Assembly (NCBI RefSeq): GCF_001194135.2
Contig: NC_068983.1
Location: forward strand, 119,389,817 to 119,428,294
Length of the DNA: 38,478 nucleotides
Source of the DNA: Octopus bimaculoides
Lineage: Eukaryota
Reading direction: 5' to 3'
The position numbers and the translations under genes are program-made. Below, piece after piece: positions 10,346 to 21,556 of the stretch (positions within the stretch are counted from its first letter, which is position 1; each line of letters begins with the position of its first letter). The notes beneath the pieces are model-generated. The model worked only from the letters and a program-made list of their open reading frames with translations. It ran no database searches and was not told where the DNA came from.

Positions 10346-10449
10346 CTGTACCACATTACCTGAAAGACAGGACATATAAAGAGGAAATGTGATTGAAGAC
10401 TACTCAAAACCATTTGCTCCTTCTTTAAGTTATAAACATTCATTATAAA

Positions 10450-10662
10450 GGTGGTGAGCTGGTAGAATCGTTATCACGCTGAACAAAATGGTTAGAGGTA
10501 TTTCGTCCATCCTTACGTTCTGAGTTCAAATTCCGCCGAGGACGACATTGCCTTTCATCCTTTCGGAGTCGATAAAATAAGTACCAGTCAAGCACTGGGG
10601 TCGATGTAATTGATTAACTCTCCCCACAAAAAAATTTCAGACCTTGGGCCTATAGTAGAAAG
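10450..10662 (+). mobile_element. Octopus-type tRNA-SINE family B
   Basis: Head GGTGGTGAGCTGGTAGAATCGTTA, B-box-like GAGTTCAAATTCC, body gcctttcatcctttcggagtcgataaaataagtaccag. It is the reverse complement of 38278-38474 and 26515-26720. Confidence 0.88.
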
Positions 10663-10689
10663 CTATATATATATATATATATATATGGG

Positions 10690-11165
10690 AGACCAAAGTG
10701 TACGTATACCACTATATTTATATAAAAGGGAATACAAAAAATGGAACAAGAACGCAAAACATCCAGACAGACGATACAAAAAAAGCAAAACAAGGACGGG
10801 TCATTCGGTGTTTTCATTCTTCAGTCGAGTTCCAGATTATCTTTACAATTTCGGCTGGTTATACTCGATATTGCTCCAATCTGGCCAACCCCAAGGAAAA
10901 ACTAAGCTAAGAGCATAAGATTCCTTGGAAGAAAGCACCAAATGTATACGAAAACAAGGACGGAAAACACGGAGAATGTTACACAAATACAAAAGCAAAT
11001 AATAGGACATTAACAACAGGTGTCTTTCGACTAAGGACGAATTGAATTAAGCTGGCGTGTATGGAAGTGAAGCCTTACGGCAGGGACATAAGAGATGACA
11101 AGCATAGGGAGGAATATAGATGTTACACGGATGGTAGTCGAACCAAGAAAGAAAGATCAAGCTTT
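10690..11165. repeat. Unclassified interspersed repeat, probably non-coding end of a retroelement
   Basis: It starts at a (TA)n run and resembles an abundant octopus repeat as I recall it. No protein motif found; the class is unverified. Confidence 0.35.
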
Positions 11166-11254
11166 CACTTCATTCTGTCCCTTTTTTTCTCGTCTCTCCC
11201 TAATATTTCTATCCCTCTACCTCTCTCTCTTCTCTCTCCACGTGACCGGTGTTC

Positions 11255-13325
11255 GGTCAAGCTTGGCCTAACGGTTTTTGGTAGTAGATAGAGTGCCTCA
11301 CAAGTAGTCTCCCCCTCCACAAAAAGCGGCAGAGGAGTCGTTCCAACTTGCTCAGCCACAACCTAGGGCAAGGCACAACGGTCAGCCGGTAGGTTATCAC
11401 AGATGCTATAAACACCTGTGTAACCTGCGTCTTACCTAGCAAAGATAATGCCCTTCCAGACCAGGTCTGAGTTAGGGCAGTCACTTTGCTTGTGACCTCG
11501 CTCCAGTTTTTCTCTAGCTGGAGATCTGGTCCAAACCAGACCCCAAGTAACGACGTTATTGGACGGCATCGGCTTGCCCCGCCAGGTGCCGAATTGCAAG
11601 CTGAGTAATTTGTTCTGGTTAATTTTTGCTACTGCCACCACTTTGTATCCTTTGATGGCGTTTTCTACACAAGGTAGCTGCCCTTCATCAGACACGATGA
11701 TAGCGACATCATCCACATACGCAGTTGTTCCTCTCCTGTAGCATAGATCACGCGGATTACCCGCCGACGCCTCCAACCTTCGTAGTAGTGCCTCAAGAGC
11801 CAGCACATACAAAAGCGGGGACAGGGGGCAACTCTGGCGAACTGAATGCTCGGTAACGAACGGTTTGGAAAAAACCGTTCACCCGGACGATGGATTCGAT
11901 GTCGCTATACATAGCGTTGATCCAACCAAGGAAAGTCGGGCCCAGTCCGATCGCTTGGAGGACCGCCGCCAGATACCAATGGTCAACGCTATCGAATACT
12001 TTAGACTGGTCTAAATTTACCAGTGCCCTACCTTTACCAGGAATTTTACCCACCCTCTCTAAAGCGTAGCGTATGAAGTGAAGGTTGTCGTGTATAGTTC
12101 TGCCAGGGATGGCGCATGTTTGCGCCTCACCAACAAGACCGCCCACGACAAGCTTCAACCTCTTTGTTATAACCTTGGCCAAAATTTTTAACTCTATACT
12201 CAACAGAGTTATGGGCCGAAAATTACTAACAATGTCCCCCTTGCTCAGGCGCTTCCTAATCAGTGTCACCACTCCCCGGCACGCAAGTTTAAGGATTCGC
12301 CCATTTTGCTGTCAGTTTGCATAGACACCGGCTAGTATGTCTCCGAACAAGTCTGGCATACTTTTATAAAATTCGTAGAGAAGACCATCCAATTCCGGCG
12401 ACTTGCCCCCGTGGAACTCGGAAAGCACTTCTGTAACCTCCGCAGCCGTGATCGGTCCTTCACAGCACTCGGCACCGAAGGGTATCTCCATAGTCCAGCG
12501 CTTCGCTTCCCCCGAATAGCTCGCGAAGTGCTTGTAAAAGACCTCACACATTTCCTCCTTTCCTTTGACCGAACGTCCCTGTTCATCGACCAAAGACCTT
12601 ATCGTGGTATCAACGCCACGCTGAGTTTCTAGCGTGCGAGCCCACTCGCCACCGTTGATACCCACGCGGCCCAATGCACTATTTTAGCCTGAACCTTGCA
12701 TCTTTCATGTTTGGCTTTGAGGTGTCGGTCTAAAACCGATCTTGCTGACAAAACTTGGGGTGCAAAGCCCACTCTCAACGCCTCTTCTAGGGCTTTTAAT
12801 TAATTGCCCTTCTACTCTAGTCTTCTCTAGGCTTAACTCATCACTAAATTTAATCGACTCAAGTCGAATGGTTCGTTTGAGGGCAAACCATCACCGGTTA
12901 TTTAACACGGTGCCGGTTAATGCCCTCGTCACTAACTCTTTAATCCGACTACGGTATGCTTCGCAAGTCAAACTAGACTTGTTTAGCTTCCAGTAGCCGG
13001 ATCTCTGTTTATGTACCTTATCTACGTGCAGCCTACATGTCACTAATTTGTAATCCGTGTAGGAGACCAAAGAAAACTGTGGACAGTTAAAACTAGTCTT
13101 ATCTCTAGTATTAACTATTATCCTATCTATGTATGACCTGATTGATCCGTCTTTATTACTCCAGGTTCACACTTGAACGTTCGGATAATCAAATCTATAT
13201 CGATCTGCCAGCCTAAAACGCTTAAGCAGGTGGATGAGGTGTGAGTTTCTTCTCCTAGCAGTTGAGCCCACGCTATCCTGGCGTGCATCCAGAATAGCGT
13301 TGAAATCTCCTAGTAAAGCTCAAGA
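11255..13325 (-). mobile_element. Tx1/L1-clade LINE ORF2 remnant (APE C-terminal half + RT), truncated at both ends
   Basis: APE motifs LLGDFNAILD, TWSNKDGS..YIDRII, TDYKLV and GYWKLN at 13000-13320. RT motifs FRPITLLSIELKILAK, LDQSKVFDSVDH, LYVLALEALLRRL and AYVDDV (11702-11722). Multiple frameshifts. Confidence 0.93.
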
Positions 13326-13399
13326 ACCTGTAGCAAATTAAACCAGGGATATTCCCGAAACTGACGCTCAGGATCAACTACCAGACTTATCTCAAAGAA

Positions 13400-16300
13400 A
13401 CAGAAATACGAGACAGAAATGGACTAAGGAGGAATATATCGAAGTTATGCATGCTTATTACTATTCATCACTAAACCCAGAAACCTCAACCATACAAAAA
13501 GAGACCTACAATTTACGGAGGTGCAAAAACCTGCATAGCAGGCTGTACATGGATAGTAATAAACTAGGAGCTGTGAGACGTGATAGCCTAAAAATAAAAG
13601 ACTAACTGACAACGAAATTGACAAAATAGTCAGATCAGTCAAAAGTCAGCTCAGTACAACGCACACTTACTTATACTCACAGGCAAAAAGCCCTGAAATT
13701 ACTAACTCAAACCAGCAAACTAGGTACACAGAACCCTACGAAGGTGAACTATCAGTTGATACTAAAACATTATAAATGATCACGTCAGCAATGAACTGTT
13801 AGGTGTATTACAACTACATCAACCTTTCTACGAAAGAGCTCCACTTCCCAAAATTATTAATACTAATAAGAACAGACAAGAAATCAAAGAAGTTGATCAA
13901 GTACTTGGAAAGCAGATACGACAACTCCTTGAGAAAAGTAAAGAAAATGCCCTCAAAGTGATTGATCACATTTACTCAGCTGCCTATGCTGCAACTCAGA
14001 AATGCGGTATTAAAATTAGAGATAGACAAAAAAGAGCAATATACACAAACAGCCTGCATGGATGGAAAGAATAAACCGGCAAATAATCCAATATATCTTT
14101 TCTACTTGAAGCAAGCAAAGGGAAAACTAATAAACCCAACAAACTACTAAAACTAATTGCTAAACATGACCTTTACAAGAAAACAAAGGATACACAGATT
14201 GAAATCCTCAATCAAAAACTACAATTAAAAACCAAACGACTGGCAAGACACAAAAAACGCTCAACATTCCATAGACAAAACATACTATTCAAGAACACAA
14301 AAAATTCTACGGGGAACTGGGGGGAAATACCATTATTGTGAAAACACCTCCTCCCCGGTAGCAAACTGAAGATTTTTGGAAAAAACATTTGGAGTAATCC
14401 AGAGTTTAATCAGAATGTACATTGTGCCAGGGACGTAGAAGAGGCCAATGCCCACCTCAAATATCAAGAATGGCAGGATGTAACAACTGAAGAAGTAAAA
14501 ACGGCGCTCGCCAAGTTAAAGAAATGGAAATCCCCAGGTATAGATAAGATTCCAAATTTTTGGTTAAACTCTTTAATAAGCGCTCACCACAGCTTAGCCG
14601 TAGCACTCAATGAAGTCATGTCCAACCCTACGAAAACCCCCAAAGTGGCTTACCGAAGGGATTACATATCTCTTACCAAAAACAGAAGAAACTACTAACC
14701 CCAAAAAATACCGACCCATAACATGCCTCACCACCATATATGAACTGTTAATATCTATAATAGCGAATAGAGCGTATGAATTCTTGGACAACAGCAAGTT
14801 ATTCCCAATGAAACAAAAGGGATGCAAAAGGTGTTCATATAGATGTAAGGACCAATTATTGATTGATAAAATGGCCACTGAAAATTGCGAATCCAAACGC
14901 AGAAACCTGGGCACCGCTTGGATAGATTACAAGGTTTTTGACAGTGTCCCCCATGCATGGATCATCAAGGCCCTGGAAATTTACAAGACAGCTCCAACAA
15001 CTGTGAACTTTTTAAAAGTAATCATGAATTCGTGGAGAACCACCTTCGTTTTAAACCATGCACAAGGATAGACCACCTCACTAGACATCAATATCGCCTG
15101 TGGTGTCTTTCAAGGTGACTCATTATCACCATTACTATTCTGCCTCGCTCTGTTCCCATTATCCACGCAATTGAATAATGCTAAGAGAGAGTATAAGATC
15201 TTTAACCATAAAATTAATCACCTACTCTATATGGATGATCTAAAACTGTCTGCCAAAAACGACAAAGCTTTAGAAGAACTCCTGAATATTGTCAAAGAAT
15301 TCAGCTCTGATATAAGTATGGAATTCGGACTTGATAAATGTGCAAAGGCTACTTTCAAAGCAGGGAAGTTCATAAAGGCAGAAAACATAGAACTTGATAC
15401 TACCACCGTCATTCGAAACCTAGACCAATCCGAAGTATACAAATATCTGGGAACCAATGAAAGTGATGGTATCCTGCACTCTAAAATGAAAGAGAAAATC
15501 TGCAAGGAATGCTATCGAAGGGTGAGAATGGTCCTAAACTCAGAATTAAATGCTGTTAACAGAATTAATGCAATCAATCCGTCGACTATACCAGTAACCA
15601 CATATAGCTTCGGTATCATTAAGTGGAGTCTCGCTAACATGCAGAATATGGACGGAAAGATCAGTAAAATCCTTACAAAGTACCGAATGCACTATCCAAA
15701 ATCAGATGTAAACAGGATTTATCTCCCAAGAAAAATAGGTGGAAGAGGCCTGATACAGCTCGAATAATCCTTCAAATCAGCAATAATAGGCCTTGAAACG
15801 TACCTTAAATACAAGTGATGTGATCTTACGAACTGCACTGAAGCATGAAGATTCCAAGTAAGCTTCAGTCATGAAGCTTAGTAATAAATATAAAAAGTCT
15901 CTTGGCCTACAAGTTAACAATAAGAATAACCAAAGACACCCAAATACTGATAAACCTACCATTGCTTCTCCTGATCTAGAAATTAACAGTCAGAAAAACC
16001 AACGCAATCCAAGTAGTGAGAAACCTATCACTGATGCAGAATCATCAAACAAAAAGCAAAAAAGGCTTGCATGAATAATATCGAAGACAACTGGAAAGGC
16101 AAACTCTTGCATGGGAAATACCCTAACCGCTTGTCCAAACCAGATATTGATCAAAATCTAACACACCAATGGCTACAAAAGACATGTCTGAGAGGAGAAA
16201 CAGAAGGTTTTGTTATTGCAGCGCAAGATCAGGGCTTACCTGCCAGAAACTACCATGGAAAAGTCTTTAAAGACGGATCTGACCCCTCGTGCAGAATTTG

Positions 16301-16525
16301 CGGAAAATTCACAGAGACAGTTGATCATGTTGTTTCTGGCTGCCCAGTCCTCGCTGAAAAGGAATACCTCATAAGACATGATAGACTAGAACAGTACATC
16401 CGCTGGAATGCTTGTAGATACTACAAAATTAAATCCCATGATAAGTGGTACAGGCACCATCCAGAGGATGTAGTAAATGGCGAGGGCGTCACCATCCTTT
16501 GGAACTTCCCAATACAAACAGACTT
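13400..16525 (+). mobile_element. R4/Dong-clade (RLE-type) non-LTR retrotransposon, near-full ORF, 3'-truncated
   Basis: N-terminal KWTKEEYIEVMHAYY; RT motifs KWLTEGITYLLPK..YRPITCL..KDQLLID..AWIDYK.FDSVPH, FQGDSLSPLLF and HLLYMDDLKL (about 15228); GGRGL; CCHC knuckle CRICGKFTETVDHVVSGC; RHD. It breaks off at IQTD, before the PD-(D/E)xK core. Stops and frameshifts are present. Confidence 0.93.
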
Positions 16526-17054
16526 GAGGACCATATATCGAGAAAACATTGAATGTTGGGTGTGGAATAAACCAAATCTTCGAGCTGTGTATAGGAAGAA
16601 ATCATAGGATTATTATCTTCTCCTTTTCGTTGGTTAAACCCCAAGAGAACTTAATATATCTCCTCTCTAGGTGTGTATTTCTCAAAACTTTTAATACACT
16701 TCGTGTTACTTATGTCGTATCTCTTCACCTGTTGTCATTCTTACAACAACCGCTGCTCCTATTGTTACTGCTGTGACGTCAATTAACTTCTTTTTAACCG
16801 TTCCAGCTATTGTTTCATATTTCTCCGATTAACATATGGCAAACTTTAAAAAGTCACTTTTGATTCATTTTGTCAACGATTTCCCTACTTATAAACTAAG
16901 CTTTCTTGACCTCCTAACTAAATGATGTAAACATGAATTTGCAACATGGTTATTTTTTTTTATATATATTTTGCAGCTGTGGAATTTCGATATTAACTGG
17001 AGCTCAAGAATTAGACGTCTGTCCTCACTGTAATTTTATAATAACGATTATTTT

Positions 17055-17255
17055 TAATTTAGGCACTAGATCAACAAATTTGAGAGAAGGGAATCGACCC
17101 CAATACTTGACTAGTACTTTATTTTATCGGCCTCAAAACGATGAAAGGTATAATTGATCTCGGTAGGGTTTAAACTGAGAGACGGAGAGTAGGAACAAAT
17201 ACTTCAAAGTATTCGATCTGGCGTTCAACTCTTTGCGAAGACGCTACCTTTCATA
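17055..17255 (-). mobile_element. Diverged SINE family B-like copy
   Basis: gaatcgaccccaatacttgactagtactttattttatcg..gatgaaagg matches the reverse complement of the family B core. Confidence 0.65.
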
Positions 17256-17519
17256 TGGCATTGTTAGAGCTCGGATAGGATTCTAGTTCTTTGCCTCTAA
17301 CGACTGCCATGACATCGATGCCAAGCTGTATCGAGTCTTGCCTTTCCCTTAGAAAAACACTGGTCGCACGAAAGGAAAGACTTGTACTCGTGGACAATTG
17401 CTTTCCTTCAAAAAACTATTTTACCCAAGTTTCACCTTAGTATGTATCTATGGTCTCATGAAATTTAAAAAAGACTTGAAAGGCCCTCAATAACCATTCT
17501 TTATATAATCACAGGATAT

Positions 17520-17650
17520 AGTTGATTGCATCACCCTCAGTACTTATTGATATTCATTTTACCGACCTTGAAAGAGTGAAAAACAAAATACATCTCGGTT
17601 AAGAATTGGGCTCGGGATACGGAGACGCATCTAAATAATGCAAGGCATTA
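17520..17650 (-). mobile_element. Highly diverged SINE family B-like copy
   Basis: ccctcagtacttattgatattcattttaccgaccttgaaagagtgaaa resembles the same core. Confidence 0.45.
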
Positions 17651-18454
17651 ATAATAAAAGCAATTAATGTAATCATAATATGCTTCCTATCCGTAAAAAT
17701 TTACCTTAAATCCATAAGAATTGACCTTAAATCTAATAAAAACAAATCAGTATCGGGGAAAATAGCTCCTTTCTCCAAACTATGGATATTTTAATATTCC
17801 AGAGCTAATTGCGAAATCATTTTCAATGATCATTGCAGTTTTACAAAGTTGACACAATACTTGCTCCTTTTGATCGTTTTCTTACTATCATGTCATTGTT
17901 ATCTATTGCGTGCGACTTCTGCGATCTATCTTTTGTTTGATATTGCTCAAAATAGAGCCTGTCATATTGAACTGCATTGATAGTCTTCCATTTTCTTTAA
18001 AGTCTTGAGTTTTGCTATCATTAATACATTAGTTCTCTCTGATATACAATTAAGATTATTCACTTTCTGAAAACAGAATGTAGAATTGTTTCTTTCACTA
18101 CTTTTCTATCCATTACGCCTTATAGTTTGTCTTTATTTTTTCTTAACTGTTGACATTTCGTGTTAGTGTTGTGTGTACATGCGCGTGCGTCATTATTTCC
18201 TTATTACATGTTTATTGTCTGGTTATATGTATCCGTATTTGCTTCTGTTGATGCCGTGTGTTTACTTGAAGTATTTCTTACAAGTATGTCATTGCTTTTC
18301 CATAGAACTGGATTTTGTAGCGTTCATTTATTTTCGATATTTTTAATAATCTGTTTTTCACTTTGCCTGTATGCTTTAACGCAACTGTAGACATCGTTAA
18401 CAATGCACTTTTCGACTGAATATATAGGATCTTATGTATATTTGCTGACGAATA

Positions 18455-18640
18455 CCACAATAACGTGGCAGCTTCTAGGTGGTCTCTCGACCTGCTACTA
18501 AAGCAGCAGTCGAATTTCCCTGGGATAATGTAGTTCTAGATACATTATAGGTGAAAGAAAAAAAGGTAGTGTAGTCACGGCTAGAACGTTTTCGATCATA
18601 CGTCCTCTCAATCGCAGAAGACCTGGAGCTAAACATCTAC
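18455..18640 (+). mobile_element. Interspersed SINE-like repeat (here family C, (CAA)n-type tail)
   Basis: ctcgacctgctactaaagcagcagtcgaatttccc is the approximate reverse complement of 32538-32570. It ends in cctggagctaaacatctacaac. Related copies lie at 30350-30545 and 31690-31760. Confidence 0.55.
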
Positions 18641-20104
18641 AACATTAGAAAAACGCACGACTTCTTTTCCTGAAATACCATGTCTTCGTGATATAAATAC
18701 ATAATCCATTCAGCGATTTCTCGACTGCATTTTACTCTCATACAACTTGTGATTACAAATTGAACCGCTCCACTTTAGCTATATTTCTAATATCTCTAAT
18801 AGGAAGTCTAGCCAAATTTTTTAAAATCTAATCTCACGGGAAACTGGCCACCTTTCGACCATAATTCATAAACATAAAACCTTTTTTCGTTTTGCATGGC
18901 AGCAGAAAATTGTTCTGCTGTTATGGAATCGGTTAATCAAAACTGTTTATCGACTTTCTCATCACACAAAGCAACCATGTCACTCTCACTGTGATTATAA
19001 GAAAGAAAATGAAATAAGTCGTAACGGATATGTGTAGTTGTTTATTGATATGTCGTGCTTCGGTTGAAATATAGACGGATATAGATGGATTAGACGTCAC
19101 TTGTCTTGCGTCACTAAGTGTATAATGGATTTGTTGAAAAGACCATGAAATAAATGACAGAAGGAAAATAATTGTTGAAAGAGCCTTTATTTTACCGTTA
19201 CGATATAAAAGGCAACTGCCTCGAGTTGTACAAAGATTAGTTGAATTTCTGATGTTCATTTCATAGATAACTGTGTTCATCTGTGTGACTGCTAGAAGAC
19301 GGATAGAAGAAAGATAAAGAAAGATTAATAGAGATTACCTCTCTGGGTAGACGAGTAGAGATGGTGAAGGTTGTATAGTCACTTGGTGACATGTTATGCA
19401 TGAAGTACTCCTTTGGTCAAGCGCCAGGTGAAATAAGGATGCTCTTCGATGAGGCGCCGAAATAAAGAGGAAGATTTTACTATGGGTTCTGTATTTATAT
19501 TTTCCTATTTAAATTAGGTCAGGCTAAACAAAGAATTTTTCGTCTGTTATCAGCTCTGAAGTAAGGATCTTCAGAAGCAATAGGATTTATCTAAATATAA
19601 CAGTCAACTCTCATAAATTTCTTAGTGAAAATGATGAGAAAAATTGAAAGGAATTCATAGAAAAATATAGACTAGGTTTCGAACCGTGGCTAAGAATCCA
19701 GAAAGCAATTCGCTTCAAAATCATTCACCAGTTCGAGTTTGGCAGTTCAAAAAGAACAACATAGTCGGAAACAACAGAAAATATTTGATTTGTGGATCGT
19801 TCGTAGAATAAGGAGAATCCAAACAATAACCAATCTATTCAATTTTCATATATTCTGGCAGATTTGAACATGAATATCTGATCGTTGTTATTTTTCGTCA
19901 TCGGAGAGCATCTTCTTTAAGAATATGTGGTCATGACAGACGAGATTCACTGGTGGAAAAATATTTGATTGACATGCTACACTCATCATCGCCACTTTGT
20001 CACATTCCAGCGGCAAACACCATCGCCATTGCTATTTTCACTTCACCCTATAGTTATTTACCTTTTGTTAGCGACTGATATCAACACAACATGCCTCACG
20101 CTAA

Positions 20105-20520
20105 CACACACGCCAGCGAGTCTTATTTCGGATAGGGCTGCGATGTGCACATTGTAACGATTAAGCTCCCTACTCACTAGAGCGGTGTGCCAATGGGGTC
20201 TGTCCTTTATCCCGGTACAGGAGTGTGCACACATTCCAAGTTTTCTTTAGGGAAGTTTTCTTTTTCTTGTTCTTGCTATTGTTGTCGTGTGTCATCAATA
20301 GCCACGCAAGTCAGTCAGGAAAAAGAGTTGTGTCCGATGTACCTCACCCTTTTTAGGGGCTTTCCCGTACGGGTTGGGCTGCGGTGATCCTGAATAGGCC
20401 AACCGAGTTGCATCCTACTGCTACCAACAACCACGACACAACACTTCATGGATAGGACGACCTTCACGTAAGAGCCGCTAGCAAGTTTCTATGAATTCAC
20501 CTCCAGCCGTTCGTTATGTC
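20105..20520 (-). mobile_element. RTE-clade LINE 5' end (putative 5' UTR + APE N-terminus)
   Basis: Minus strand reads KTWNVCTL (20221-20244) and HTALVSRELNRYNVHIAALSEIRLA (20114-20189), the typical RTE start (TWNVRTL..TALVARELARY.VDIAALSETR). The UTR boundary is approximate. Confidence 0.85.
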
Positions 20521-20759
20521 AGTCAACACACATATACTGACACACCATTCCGCTGTTGTGGCCGTAAAGACAGAAAGTTGCTGATGCGTAATGTTATTCA
20601 CATTAGGAAATAAATTATTCATTTATTTTAAATATAATAGAAATAAGATGATCTTAGTGTTATCACATTAGAATTAAAAGTGAAAGAATAAAAGTGAAAC
20701 AATATTATATCACATTACAATCTAGATCATATCTTTTTCACTTTTGAACGTAATACCGA

Positions 20760-20943
20760 ACCAGTCTAAAAGATTGCTCTGGGCTCGCAATGGATAAGAA
20801 GTTGAAATTTGTTTGGACCATGACACTACATGGACTCTAAGTGATGCACGTGTAAAATTTGAATGAATTCAGTTGGGTACTTCTCGAGTTTTAGGGAGTC
20901 ACACATACAGACGCACACATCCTCAGTTTTATATATATATAGA
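20760..20943 (-). mobile_element. Non-autonomous Helitron-like element, 5' portion
   Basis: The minus strand begins A|TCTATATATATAAAA, followed by a short TG/GTCT microsatellite, as in non-autonomous Helitron 5' ends. No 3' hairpin-CTAG|T end found. Confidence 0.5.
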
Positions 20944-20959
20944 TATATATAGGAGCCAC

Positions 20960-21556
20960 CGTCCATGAGACCCCTCATCAAACCCCTGGTATAGACATAC
21001 GCTCCAGAAATAGACAGAAGACTTTTCAACACCACCCGCTTCAGAGCCCCTTGACTTACCACCTTGGCCAAGGTGCGTGAGTTGCAGTACGCTGACGGTA
21101 GTGCCGGTTTCCGATCTTCATGAGGCTGTGAACCTCTTCGAAAATGTGTATACCCGATTTGGTCTAGCGTAAGGAAGACGAAGATCATTGCACAGGGAGT
21201 CACCGGCCAACCTCCTCCTGACTCCAGTGGCATAAGGCTACATAGCACTGTCGTGAAAACTGTGGAGTCTTTCCCATACCTCGGAAGCTACCTGTCCAAG
21301 GATTGGACCATTCAGAAAGACATCGAGAATAGGATCAGCGCAGCCCATACTGTTTTCGGAAAACTCGCAAAACAGTCTTCCTAAACTTCGACCTCACTAT
21401 CCAAACGTAAATCATGGTATTCCGAGCTGTCGTCATTTCTGCACTCCTCTACGGCCGTGAGACGGGAGTGTTGTATCGAGAACACTTGAAGAAAACTGAA
21501 CGTTTCCAACAGAACAAACTTCGCGCAGTCATAAGAATTCGATGGAAGTACTACAC
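20960..21556 (+). mobile_element. RTE-clade LINE fragment (RT C-terminal half and post-RT region)
   Basis: RLFNTTRFRA, VRELQYADG (YADD-like, 21088-21099), KTKII, VESFPYLGSYLS, DIENRISAA..FGKL, VFRAVVISALLYGRET. It runs into an N gap. Confidence 0.9.

Noticed and set aside
10790-10830. Minus-strand CTGAAGA..GAAT hammerhead-like string
   Set aside because: GAAA is replaced by GAAT, and stems II and III cannot be formed convincingly.
16526-16620. Minus-strand FNVFSIYGPQ as the continuation of the Tx1 APE displaced by the R4 insertion
   Set aside because: It rests on a single short motif, is not contiguous with the GDFN break, and there is no TSD.
16960-17040. Strong acceptor (tattttgcag) followed by a short Cys-containing frame
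   Set aside because: No clear donor and no homology recognised; T-rich acceptors are common by chance in this composition.
19330-19800. Protein-like frames on both strands
   Set aside because: They are interrupted by stops and no family motif is recognised.
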